Positions 1 through 11,700 are shown, counted from the stretch's first letter. The stretch: 33,680 nucleotides of DNA from Utricularia gibba (GCA_002189035.1 NEEC01000182.1:1-33680); one strand, 5' to 3'. Made by a program: numbers and translations. The notes: generated from the letters alone by a model not told the origin.

Positions 1-19
1 TCAAATATATAGCAGAGTG

Positions 20-176
20 TTGAGAAAACCCATTGGGGTTCTCATGACATCCTAACTACATCAAATGCGTTACGATTTTCGTCGAGTGCGACCCGATTGG
101 GCTTAGTAGCCAGACCGAATCTCGGGCCGGACAAAGCTCCAACGACAGCACCCGCCTTTAAATGGCAAGCTATTGC
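20..176. repeat. Basic ~157-bp subunit (example A1); each ~313-bp monomer is a diverged dimer
   Basis: The two halves of a monomer align collinearly: TTGAGAAAACC vs TTGAAAAACC; GACATCCTAAC..AAATGCGTTAC vs GACAACCCAAC..AAATGCATCAC; TGGGCTTAGTAGCCAGACCGAATCTCGGGCCG vs TGGGCTCAAGCCCGACCCGAATCCGGCCCG. Subunit starts are at 20, 177, 331, 489, 646, 805, 960, 1117 and 1270. Confidence 0.9.
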
Positions 177-330
177 TTGAAAAACCATGTGGCAGCCGCC
201 GACAACCCAACGTTAATAAATGCATCACTTCTTTTGCCGGGCTACAGCTGACTATGGGCTCAAGCCCGACCCGAATCCGGCCCGATCTCGGTGACCCACA
301 AAAGCGCCTTGTCAAGTGTAAAGCATGCTG
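20..330. repeat. Monomer A (~313 bp; subunits A1 20-176, A2 177-330)
   Basis: Diagnostic words: CTACATCAAATGCGTTAC, GGGCCGGACAAAG, CCGACAACCC, TCTCGGTGACCCACAAAAGCGCCTTGTCAAGTGTAAAGCATGC. Confidence 0.93.
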
Positions 331-645
331 TTGAAAAAACCATTTGGGGTGGTCATGAGATCCTAACTTCAATAAAGGTGTCACGATTTTCGTCGAATGG
401 GATCGGATTGTGCTGTGAAGTCAGACCGATCCTTGGGTCCGGACGAAGTTCCCAACAACAGCACCCGCAAAAAAACGACAACTTTTCCTCGAAAAAAGCA
501 TGTAGGCAGCCGCCGAAAACCCAACGTTAATAAATGCATCACTTTTTTGGCCGGGCTACAAATGACTATGGGCCAGAGCGCGACTCGACCATTTGCTCGA
601 TACTAGTGCCAGCCTAGAGCGCCTCCTCAAATATAAATCAGGTTG
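331..645. repeat. Monomer B (315 bp; subunits B1 331-488, B2 489-645), the most divergent monomer
   Basis: Diagnostic words: GTGGTCATGAGATCC, GAATGGGATCGGATTGTGCTGTGAAGTC, CGCAAAAAAACGACAACTTTTCCTCGAAAAAAGC, GATACTAGTGCC. Confidence 0.93.
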
Positions 646-959
646 TTGAGAAAACCATTTGGGGTGCTCATGACATCCTAACTTCAAAAAATGCATCACG
701 ATTTTCATCGAGTAGCACCCGATTGGGCTCAGGAGCCAGACCGAACCTTGGGCCCTTACAAAGCTGCCAACGACAGCACCCGCCTTAAAATGGCAAGCTA
801 TTGCTTGAAAAACCATTCAGGCAGCCGCCGAAAACCCAACGTTGATAAATGCATCACTTATTTTCCGGGCTACAACTGACTATGGGCCATAGCCCGACCC
901 GACCTCTGGCCCAATCCCGAAACCCCCCAAGAGCGCCTTCTGAAATATAAAGTAGAGTG
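646..959. repeat. Monomer C (314 bp; subunits C1 646-804, C2 805-959)
   Basis: Diagnostic words: GGTGCTCATGAC, CTCAGGAGCCAG, CCATTCAGGC, GGGCCATAGCCC, CCCCAAGAGCGCCTTCTGAAATATAAAGTAG. Confidence 0.93.
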
Positions 960-1269
960 TTGAGAAAACCCGTTGGGGTTCTCATGACATCCTAACTAAA
1001 GCAAATGCATTACGATTTCGTCGAGTACGACCCGATTGGGCTTAGTAGCCAGACCGAATCTCGGGCCCTGACAAAGCTCCCAACTACAGCACCCACTTAA
1101 AACGGCAAGCTGTTGCTTGAAAAACCATTTAGGCAGCCGCCGAAAACCCATCGTTGATAAATGCATCACTTATTTTCCGGGCTACAACTGACTATTGGCC
1201 TGAGCCCGACCCGACCTCTGGCCCAATCCCGAAACCCTCCGGGCGCCTTCTCAAATATATAGCAGAGTG
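960..1269. repeat. Monomer D (~313 bp; subunits D1 960-1116, D2 1117-1269)
   Basis: Diagnostic words: CTAAAGCAAATGCATTAC, GGGCCCTGAC, TTAAAACGGCAAGCTGTTGC, CCCATCGTTG, TATTGGCCTGAGCCC, CTTCTCAAATATATAGCAG. Confidence 0.93.
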
Positions 1270-4200
1270 TTGAGAAAACCCATTGGGGTTCTCATGACAT
1301 CCTAACTACATCAAATGCGTTACGATTTTCGTCGAGTGCGACCCGATTGGGCTTAGTAGCCAGACCGAATCTCGGGCCGGACAAAGCTCCCAACGACAGC
1401 ACCCGACTTTAAATGGCAAGCTATTGCTTGAAAACCATGTGGGCAGCCGCCGACAACCCAACGTTAATAAATGCATCACTTCTTTTGCCGGGCTACAGCT
1501 GACTTTGGGCTCAAGCCCGACCCGAATCCGGCCCGATCTCGGTGACCCACAAAAGCGCCTTGTCAAGTGTAAAGCATGCTGTTGAAAAAACCATTTGGGG
1601 TGGTCATGAGATCCTAACTTCAATAAAGGCATCACGATTTTCGTCGAATGGGATCGGATTGTGCTGTGAAGTCAGACCGACCTTGGGTCCGGACGAAGTT
1701 CCCAACAACAGCACCCGCAAAAAAACGACAACTTTTCCTCGAAAAAAGCATGTAGGCAGCCGCCGAAAACCCAACGTTAATAAATGCATCACTTTTTTGG
1801 CCGGGCTACAAATGACTATGGGCCAGAGCGCGACTCGACCATTTGCTCGATACTAGTGCCAGCCTAGAGCGCCTCCTCAAATATAAATCAGGTTGTTGAG
1901 AAAACCATTTGGGGTGCTCATGACATCCTAACTTCAAAAAATGCATCACGATTTTCATCGAGTAGCACCCGATTGGGCTCAGGAGCCAGACCGAACCTTG
2001 GGCCCTTACAAAGCTGCCAACGACAGCACCCGCCTTAAAATGGCAAGCTATTGCTTGAAAAACCATTCAGGCAGCCGCCGAAAACCCAACGTTGATAAAT
2101 GCATCACTTATTTTCCGGGCTACAACTGACTATGGGCCATAGCCCGACCCGACCTCTGGCCCAATCCCGAAACCCCCCAAGAGCGCCTTCTGAAATATAA
2201 AGTAGAGTTGAGAAAACCCGTTGGGGTTCTCATGACATCCTAACTAAAGCAAATGCATTACGATTTCGTCGAGTACGACCCGATTGGGCTTAGTAGCCAG
2301 ACCGAATCTCGGGCCCTGACAAAGCTCCCAACTACAGCACCCACCTTAAAACGGCAAGCTGTTGCTTGAAAAACCATTTAGGCAGCCGCCGAAAACCCAT
2401 CGTTGATAAATGCATCACTTATTTTCCGGGCTACAACTGACTATTGGCCTGAGCCCGACCCGACCTCTGGCCCAATCCCGAAACCCTCCGAGGGCGCCTT
2501 CTCAAATATATAGCAGAGTGTTGAGAAAACCCATTGGGGTTCTCATGACATCCTAACTACATCAAATGCGTTACGATTTTCGTCGAGTGCGACCCGATTG
2601 GGCTTAGTAGCCAGACCGAATCTCGGGCCGGACAAAGCTCCCAACGACAGCACCCGCCTTTAAATGGCAAGCTGTTGCTTGAAAAACCATGTGGGCAGCC
2701 GCCGACAACCCAACGTTAATAAATGCATCACTTCTTTTGCCGGGCTACAGCTGACTTGGGCTCAAGCCCGACCCGAATCCGGCCCGATCTCGGTGACCCA
2801 CAAAAGCGCCTTGTCAAGTGTAAAGCATGCTGTTGAAAAAACCATTTGGGGTGGTCATGAGATCCTAACTTCAATAAAGGTGTCACGATTTTCGTCGAAT
2901 GGGATCGGATTGTGCTGTGAAGTCAGACCGAACCTTGGGTCCGGACGAAGTTCCCAACAACAGCACCCGCAAAAAAACGACAACTTTTCCTCGAAAAAAG
3001 CATGTAGGCAGCCGCCGAAAACCCAACGTTAATAAATGCATCACTTTTTTGGCCGGGCTACAAATGACTATGGGCCAGAGCGCGACTCGACCATTTGCTC
3101 GATACTAGTGCCAGCCTAGAGCGCCTCCTCAAATATAAATCAGGTTGTTGAGAAAACCATTTGGGGTGCTCATGACATCCTAACTTCAAAAAATGCATCA
3201 CGATTTTCATCGAGTAGCACCCGATTGGGCTCAGGAGCCAGACCGAACCTTGGGCCCTTACAAAGCTGCCAACGACAGCACCCGCCTTAAAATGGCAAGC
3301 TATTGCTTGAAAAACCATTCAGGCAGCCGCCGAAAACCCAACGTTGATAAATGCATCACTTATTTTCCGGGCTACAACTGACTATGGGCCATAGCCCGAC
3401 CCGACCTCTGGCCCAATCCCGAAACCCCCCAAGAGCGCCTTCTGAAATATAAAGTAGAGTGTTGAGAAAACCCGTTGGGGTTCTCATGACATCCTAACTA
3501 AAGCAAATGCATTACGATTTCGTCGAGTACGACCCGATTGGGCTTAGTAGCCAGACCGAATCTCGGGCCCTGACAAAGCTCCCAACTACAGCACCCACCT
3601 TAAAACGGCAAGCTGTTGCTTGAAAAACCATTTAGGCAGCCGCCGAAAACCCATCGTTGATAAATGCATCACTTATTTTCCGGGCTACAACTGACTATTG
3701 GCCTGAGCCCGACCCGACCTCTGGCCCAATCCCGAAACCCTCCGAGGGCGCCTTCTCAAATATATAGCAGAGTGTTGAGAAAACCCATTGGGGTTCTCAT
3801 GACATCCTAACTACATCAAATGCGTTACGATTTTCGTCGAGTGCGACCCGATTGGGCTTAGTAGCCAGACCGAATCTCGGGCCGGACAAAGCTCCCAACG
3901 ACAGCACCCGACTTTAAATGGCAAGCTATTGCTTGAAAACCATGTGGGCAGCCGCCGACAACCCAACGTTAATAAATGCATCACTTCTTTTGCCGGGCTA
4001 CAGCTGACTTGGGCTCAAGCCCGACCCGAATCCGGCCCGATCTCGGTGACCCACAAAAGCGCCTTGTCAAGTGTAAAGCATGCTGTTGAAAAAACCATTT
4101 GGGGTGGTCATGAGATCCTAACTTCAATAAAGGTTCACGATTTTCGTCGAATGGGATCGGATTGTGCTGTGAAGTCAGACCGACCTTGGGTCCGGACGAA

Positions 4201-7200
4201 GTTCCCAACAACAGCACCCGCAAAAAAACGACAACTTTTCCTCGAAAAAAGCATGTAGGCAGCCGCCGAAAACCCAACGTTAATAAATGCATCACTTTTT
4301 TGGCCGGGCTACAAATGACTATGGGCCAGAGCGCGACTCGACCATTTGCTCGATACTAGTGCCAGCCTAGAGCGCCTCCTCAAATATAAATCAGGTTGTT
4401 GAGAAAACCATTTGGGGTGCTCATGACATCCTAACTTCAAAAAATGCATCACGATTTTCATCGAGTAGCACCCGATTGGGCTCAGGAGCCAGACCGAACC
4501 TTGGGCCCTTACAAAGCTGCCAACGACAGCACCCGCCTTAAAATGGCAAGCTATTGCTTGAAAAACCATTCAGGCAGCCGCCGAAAACCCAACGTTGATA
4601 AATGCATCACTTATTTTCCGGGCTACAACTGACTATGGGCCATAGCCCGACCCGACCTCTGGCCCAATCCCGAAACCCCCCAAGAGCGCCTTCTGAAATA
4701 TAAAGTAGAGTGTTGAGAAAACCCGTTGGGGTTCTCATGACATCCTAACTAAAGCAAATGCATTACGATTTCGTCGAGTACGACCCGATTGGGCTTAGTA
4801 GCCAGACCGAATCTCGGGCCCTGACAAAGCTCCCAACTACAGCACCCACCTTAAAACGGCAAGCTGTTGCTTGAAAAACCATTTAGGCAGCCGCCGAAAA
4901 CCCATCGTTGATAAATGCATCACTTATTTTCCGGGCTACAACTGACTATTGGCCTGAGCCCGACCCGACCTCTGGCCCAATCCCGAAACCCTCCGAGGGC
5001 GCCTTCTCAATATATATAGCAGAGTGTTGAGAAAACCCATTGGGGTTCTCATGACATCCTAACTACATCAAATGCGTTACGATTTTCGTCGAGTGCGACC
5101 CGATTGGGCTTAGTAGCCAGACCGAATCTCGGGCCGGACAAAGCTCCCAACGACAGCACCCGACTTTAAATGGCAAGCTATTGCTTGACAAACCATGTGG
5201 GCAGCCGCCGACAACCCAACGTTAATAAATGCATCACTTCTTTTGCCGGGCTACAGCTGACTTTGGGCTCAAGCCCGACCCGAATCCGGCCCGATCTCGG
5301 TGACCCACAAAAGCGCCTTGTCAAGTGTAAAGCATGCTGTTGAAAAAACCATTTGGGGTGGTCATGAGATCCTAACTTCAATAAAGGCATCACGATTTAC
5401 GTCGAATGGGATCGGATTGTGCTGTGAAGTCAGACCGATCCTTGGGTCCGGACGAAGTTCCCAACAACAGCACCCGCAAAAAAACGACAACTTTTCCTCG
5501 AAAAAAGCATGTAGGCAGCCGCCGAAAACCCAACGTTAATAAATGCATCACTTTTTTGGCCGGGCTACAAATGACTATGGGCCAGAGCGCGACTCGACCA
5601 TTTGCTCGATACTAGTGCCAGCCTAGAGCGCCTCCTCAAATATAAATCAGGTTGTTGAGAAAACCATTTGGGGTGCTCATGACATCCTAACTTCAAAAAA
5701 TGCATCACGATTTTCATCGAGTAGCACCCGATTGGGCTCAGGAGCCAGACCGAACCTTGGGCCCTTACAAAGCTGCCAACGACAGCACCCGCCTTAAAAT
5801 GGCAAGCTATTGCTTGAAAAACCATTCAGGCAGCCGCCGAAAACCCAACGTTGATAAATGCATCACTTATTTTCCGGGCTACAACTGACTATGGGCCATA
5901 GCCCGACCCGACCTCTGGCCCAATCCCGAAACCCCCCAAGAGCGCCTTCTGAAATATAAAGTAGAGTGTTGAGAAAACCCGTTGGGGTTCTCATGACATC
6001 CTAACTAAAGCAAATGCATTACGATTTCGTCGAGTACGACCCGATTGGGCTTAGTAGCCAGACCGAATCTCGGGCCCTGACAAAGCTCCCAACTACAGCA
6101 CCCACCTTAAAACGGCAAGCTGTTGCTTGAAAAACCATTTAGGCAGCCGCCGAAAACCCATCGTTGATAAATGCATCACTTATTTTCCGGGCTACAACTG
6201 ACTATTGGCCTGAGCCCGACCCGACCTCTGGCCCAATCCCGAAACCCTCCGAGGGCGCCTTCTCAAATATATAGCAGAGTGTTGAGAAAACCCATTGGGG
6301 TTCTCATGACATCCTAACTACATCAAATGCGTTACGATTTTCGTCGAGTGCGACCCGATTGGGCTTAGTAGCCAGACCGAATCTCGGGCCGGACAAAGCT
6401 CCCAACGACAGCACCCGACTTTAAATGGCAAGCTATTGCTTGAAAACCATGTGGGCAGCCGCCGACAACCCAACGTTAATAAATGCATCACTTCTTTTGC
6501 CGGGCTACAGCTGACTTTGGGCTCAAGCCCGACCCGAATCCGGCCCGATCTCGGTGACCCACAAAAGCGCCTTGTCAAGTGTAAAGCATGCTGTTGAAAA
6601 AACCATTTGGGGTGGTCATGAGATCCTAACTTCAATAAAGGTGTCACGATTTCGTCGAATGGGATCGGATTGTGCTGTGAAGTCAGACCGAACCTTGGGT
6701 CCGGACGAAGTTCCCAACAACAGCACCCGCAAAAAAACGACAACTTTTCCTCGAAAAAAGCATGTAGGCAGCCGCCGAAAACCCAACGTTAATAAATGCA
6801 TCACTTTTTTGGCCGGGCTACAAATGACTATGGGCCAGAGCGCGACTCGACCATTTGCTCGATACTAGTGCCAGCCTAGAGCGCCTCCTCAAATATAAAT
6901 CAGGTTGTTGAGAAAACCATTTGGGGTGCTCATGACATCCTAACTTCAAAAAATGCATCACGATTTTCATCGAGTAGCACCCGATTGGGCTCAGGAGCCA
7001 GACCGAACCTTGGGCCCTTACAAAGCTGCCAACGACAGCACCCGCCTTAAAATGGCAAGCTATTGCTTGAAAAACCATTCAGGCAGCCGCCGAAAACCCA
7101 ACGTTGATAAATGCATCACTTATTTTCCGGGCTACAACTGACTATGGGCCATAGCCCGACCCGACCTCTGGCCCAATCCCGAAACCCCCCAAGAGCGCCT

Positions 7201-8430
7201 TCTGAAATATAAAGTAGAGTGTTGAGAAAACCCGTTGGGGTTCTCATGACATCCTAACTAAAGCAAATGCATTACGATTTCGTCGAGTACGACCCGATTG
7301 GGCTTAGTAGCCAGACCGAATCTCGGGCCCTGACAAAGCTCCCAACTACAGCACCCACCTTAAAACGGCAAGCTGTTGCTTGAAAAACCATTTAGGCAGC
7401 CGCCGAAAACCCATCGTTGATAAATGCATCACTTATTTTCCGGGCTACAACTGACTATTGGCCTGAGCCCGACCCGACCTCTGGCCCAATCCCGAAACCC
7501 TCCGAGGGCGCCTTCTCAAATATATAGCAGAGTGTTGAGAAAACCCATTGGGGTTCTCATGACATCCTAACTACATCAAATGCGTTACGATTTTCGTCGA
7601 GTGCGACCCGATTGGGCTTAGTAGCCAGACCGAATCTCGGGCCGGACAAAGCTCCCAACGACAGCACCCGACTTTAAATGGCAAGCTATTGCTTGACAAA
7701 CCATGTGGGCAGCCGCCGACAACCCAACGTTAATAAATGCATCACTTCTTTTGCCGGGCTACAGCTGACTTTGGGCTCAAGCCCGACCCGAATCCGGCCC
7801 GATCTCGGTGACCCACAAAAGCGCCTTGTCAAGTGTAAAGCATGCTGTTGAAAAAACCATTTGGGGTGGTCATGAGATCCTAACTTCAATAAAGGCATCA
7901 CGATTTACGTCGAATGGGATCGGATTGTGCTGTGAAGTCAGACCGATCCTTGGGTCCGGACGAAGTTCCCAACAACAGCACCCGCAAAAAAACGACAACT
8001 TTTCCTCGAAAAAAGCATGTAGGCAGCCGCCGAAAACCCAACGTTAATAAATGCATCACTTTTTTGGCCGGGCTACAAATGACTATGGGCCAGAGCGCGA
8101 CTCGACCATTTGCTCGATACTAGTGCCAGCCTAGAGCGCCTCCTCAAATATAAATCAGGTTGTTGAGAAAACCATTTGGGGTGCTCATGACATCCTAACT
8201 TCAAAAAATGCATCACGATTTTCATCGAGTAGCACCCGATTGGGCTCAGGAGCCAGACCGAACCTTGGGCCCTTACAAAGCTGCCAACGACAGCACCCGC
8301 CTTAAAATGGCAAGCTATTGCTTGAAAAACCATTCAGGCAGCCGCCGAAAACCCAACGTTGATAAATGCATCACTTATTTTCCGGGCTACAACTGACTAT
8401 GGGCCATAGCCGACCCGAAATAGCGCCTTC

Positions 8431-8733
8431 TTGAGAAAATTGGGGTTCTCATGACATCCTAACTAAAGCAAATGCATTACGATTTCGTCGAGTACGACCC
8501 GATTGGGCTTAGTAGCCAGACCGAATCTCGGGCCCTGACAAAGCTCCAACTAGCACCCACCTTAAAACGGCAAGCTTTGCTTGAAAAACCATTTAGGCAG
8601 CCGCCGAAAACCCACGTTGATAAATGCATCACTTATTTTCCGGGCTACAACTGACTATTGGCCTAGCCCGACCCGACCTCTGGCCCAATCCCGAAACCCC
8701 CCAAGAGCGCCTTCTGAAATATAAAGTAGAGTG
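8431..8733. repeat. Extra D/C hybrid monomer (five-monomer HOR variant)
   Basis: D-type sequence (CTAAAGCAAATGC, CCATTTAGG, TATTGGCC) ends in a C-type tail (CCCCCCAAGAGCGCCTTCTGAAATATAAAGTAG) and is followed by a normal D at 8734. The C-to-C spacing here is 1510 bp. Confidence 0.88.
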
Positions 8734-11700
8734 TTGAGAAAACCCGTTGGGGTTCTCATGACATCCTAACTAAAGCAAATGCATTACGATTTCGTCGAGT
8801 ACGACCCGATTGGGCTTAGTAGCCAGACCGAATCTCGGGCCCTGACAAAGCTCCCAACTACAGCACCCACCTTAAAACGGCAAGCTGTTGCTTGAAAAAC
8901 CATTTAGGCAGCCGCCGAAAACCCATCGTTGATAAATGCATCACTTATTTTCCGGGCTACAACTGACTATTGGCCTGAGCCCGACCCGACCTCTGGCCCA
9001 ATCCCGAAACCCTCCGAGGGCGCCTTCTCAAATATATAGCAGAGTGTTGAGAAAACCCATTGGGGTTCTCATGACATCCTAACTACATCAAATGCGTTAC
9101 GATTTTCGTCGAGTGCGACCCGATTGGGCTTAGTAGCCAGACCGAATCTCGGGCCGGACAAAGCTCCCAACGACAGCACCCGACTTTAAATGGCAAGCTA
9201 TTGCTTGAAAACCATGTGGGCAGCCGCCGACAACCCAACGTTAATAAATGCATCACTTCTTTTGCCGGGCTACAGCTGACTTGGGCTCAAGCCCGACCCG
9301 AATCCGGCCCGATCTCGGTGACCCACAAAAGCGCCTTGTCAAGTGTAAAGCATGCTGTTGAAAAAACCATTTGGGGTGGTCATGAGATCCTAACTTCAAT
9401 AAAGGTGTCACGATTTTCGTCGAATGGGATCGGATTGTGCTGTGAAGTCAGACCGATCCTTGGGTCCGGACGAAGTTCCCAACAACAGCACCCGCAAAAA
9501 AACGACAACTTTTCCTCGAAAAAAGCATGTAGGCAGCCGCCGAAAACCCAACGTTAATAAATGCATCACTTTTTTGGCCGGGCTACAAATGACTATGGGC
9601 CAGAGCGCGACTCGACCATTTGCTCGATACTAGTGCCAGCCTAGAGCGCCTCCTCAAATATAAATCAGGTTGTTGAGAAAACCATTTGGGGTGCTCATGA
9701 CATCCTAACTTCAAAAAATGCATCACGATTTTCATCGAGTAGCACCCGATTGGGCTCAGGAGCCAGACCGAACCTTGGGCCCTTACAAAGCTGCCAACGA
9801 CAGCACCCGCCTTAAAATGGCAAGCTATTGCTTGAAAAACCATTCAGGCAGCCGCCGAAAACCCAACGTTGATAAATGCATCACTTATTTTCCGGGCTAC
9901 AACTGACTATGGGCCATAGCCCGACCCGACCTCTGGCCCAATCCCGAAACCCCCCAAGAGCGCCTTCTGAAATATAAAGTAGAGTGTTGAGAAAACCCAT
10001 TGGGGTTCTCATGACATCCTAACTAAAGCAAATGCATTACGATTTCGTCGAGTACGACCCGATTGGGCTTAGTAGCCAGACCGAATCTCGGGCCCTGACA
10101 AAGCTCCCAACTACAGCACCCACCTTAAAACGGCAAGCTGTTGCTTGAAAAACCATTTAGGCAGCCGCCGAAAACCCATCGTTGATAAATGCATCACTTA
10201 TTTTCCGGGCTACAACTGACTATTGGCCTGAGCCCGACCCGACCTCTGGCCCAATCCCGAAACCCTCCGAGGGCGCCTTCTCAAATATATAGCAGAGTGT
10301 TGAGAAAACCCATTGGGGTTCTCATGACATCCTAACTACATCAAATGCGTTACGATTTTCGTCGAGTGCGACCCGATTGGGCTTAGTAGCCAGACCGAAT
10401 CTCGGGCCGGACAAAGCTCCCAACGACAGCACCCGACTTTAAATGGCAAGCTATTGCTTGACAAACCATGTGGGCAGCCGCCGACAACCCAACGTTAATA
10501 AATGCATCACTTCTTTTGCCGGGCTACAGCTGACTTGGGCTCAAGCCCGACCCGAATCCGGCCCGATCTCGGTGACCCACAAAAGCGCCTTGTCAAGTGT
10601 AAAGCATGCTGTTGAAAAAACCATTTGGGGTGGTCATGAGATCCTAACTTCAATAAAGGTGTCACGATTTTCGTCGAATGGGATCGGATTGTGCTGTGAA
10701 GTCAGACCGAACCTTGGGTCCGGACGAAGTTCCCAACAACAGCACCCGCAAAAAAACGACAACTTTTCCTCGAAAAAAGCATGTAGGCAGCCGCCGAAAA
10801 CCCAACGTTAATAAATGCATCACTTTTTTGGCCGGGCTACAAATGACTATGGGCCAGAGCGCGACTCGACCATTTGCTCGATACTAGTGCCAGCCTAGAG
10901 CGCCTCCTCAAATATAAATCAGGTTGTTGAGAAAACCATTTGGGGTGCTCATGACATCCTAACTTCAAAAAATGCATCACGATTTTCATCGAGTAGCACC
11001 CGATTGGGCTCAGGAGCCAGACCGAACCTTGGGCCCTTACAAAGCTGCCAACGACAGCACCCGCCTTAAAATGGCAAGCTATTGCTTGAAAAACCATTCA
11101 GGCAGCCGCCGAAAACCCAACGTTGATAAATGCATCACTTATTTTCCGGGCTACAACTGACTATGGGCCATAGCCCGACCCGACCTCTGGCCCAATCCCG
11201 AAACCCCCCAAGAGCGCCTTCTGAAATATAAAGTAGAGTGTTGAGAAAACCCGTTGGGGTTCTCATGACATCCTAACTAAAGCAAATGCATTACGATTTC
11301 GTCGAGTACGACCCGATTGGGCTTAGTAGCCAGACCGAATCTCGGGCCCTGACAAAGCTCCCAACTACAGCACCCACCTTAAAACGGCAAGCTGTTGCTT
11401 GAAAAACCATTTAGGCAGCCGCCGAAAACCCATCGTTGATAAATGCATCACTTATTTTCCGGGCTACAACTGACTATTGGCCTGAGCCCGACCCGACCTC
11501 TGGCCCAATCCCGAAACCCTCCGAGGGCGCCTTCTCAAATATATAGCAGAGTGTTGAGAAAACCCATTGGGGTTCTCATGACATCCTAACTACATCAAAT
11601 GCGTTACGATTTTCGTCGAGTGCGACCCGATTGGGCTTAGTAGCCAGACCGAATCTCGGGCCGGACAAAGCTCCCAACGACAGCACCCGACTTTAAATGG

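Larger units (their letters stand above)
20..1269. repeat. Representative HOR unit (A-B-C-D; 8 basic subunits)
   Basis: The anchor TTGA(G/A)AAAAC...TCATGA(C/G)ATCCTAAC starts at 20, 331, 646 and 960, and again at 1270 with the A-type sequence. This first copy is 1250 bp because of a few 1-2 bp deletions; full-length copies are 1254-1255 bp. Confidence 0.97.

Noticed and set aside
6-12. TATATAG resembling the plant RNA polymerase I start motif, suggesting rDNA spacer subrepeats
   Set aside because: It is followed by CAG rather than GGG, no rRNA sequence occurs in 33 kb, and the homologous positions in other monomers differ.
388-402. CENP-B-box-like word TTTCGTCGAATGGGA in B1
   Set aside because: The functional box needs TTCG-N4-A-N2-CGGG. 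Here the spacing is 2 nt short and CGGG is absent. No correctly spaced match was found on either strand.
469-497. A/T tracts in B (A7, T4, A6) as a phased DNA bend
   Set aside because: There are only three tracts, spaced about 12 and 10 bp apart, which is too few and too irregular to claim intrinsic curvature.
1232-1238. AAACCCT (plant telomere repeat or telo-box-like) in D2
   Set aside because: It is a single 7-mer per HOR, followed by C rather than A, and not tandem. The C2 homologue reads AAACCCC.
1-1269. Assignment to a named satellite (CentO, CentC, alpha-satellite etc.)
   Set aside because: Only the unit length is similar. I recognise no sequence match, and a database search is required.
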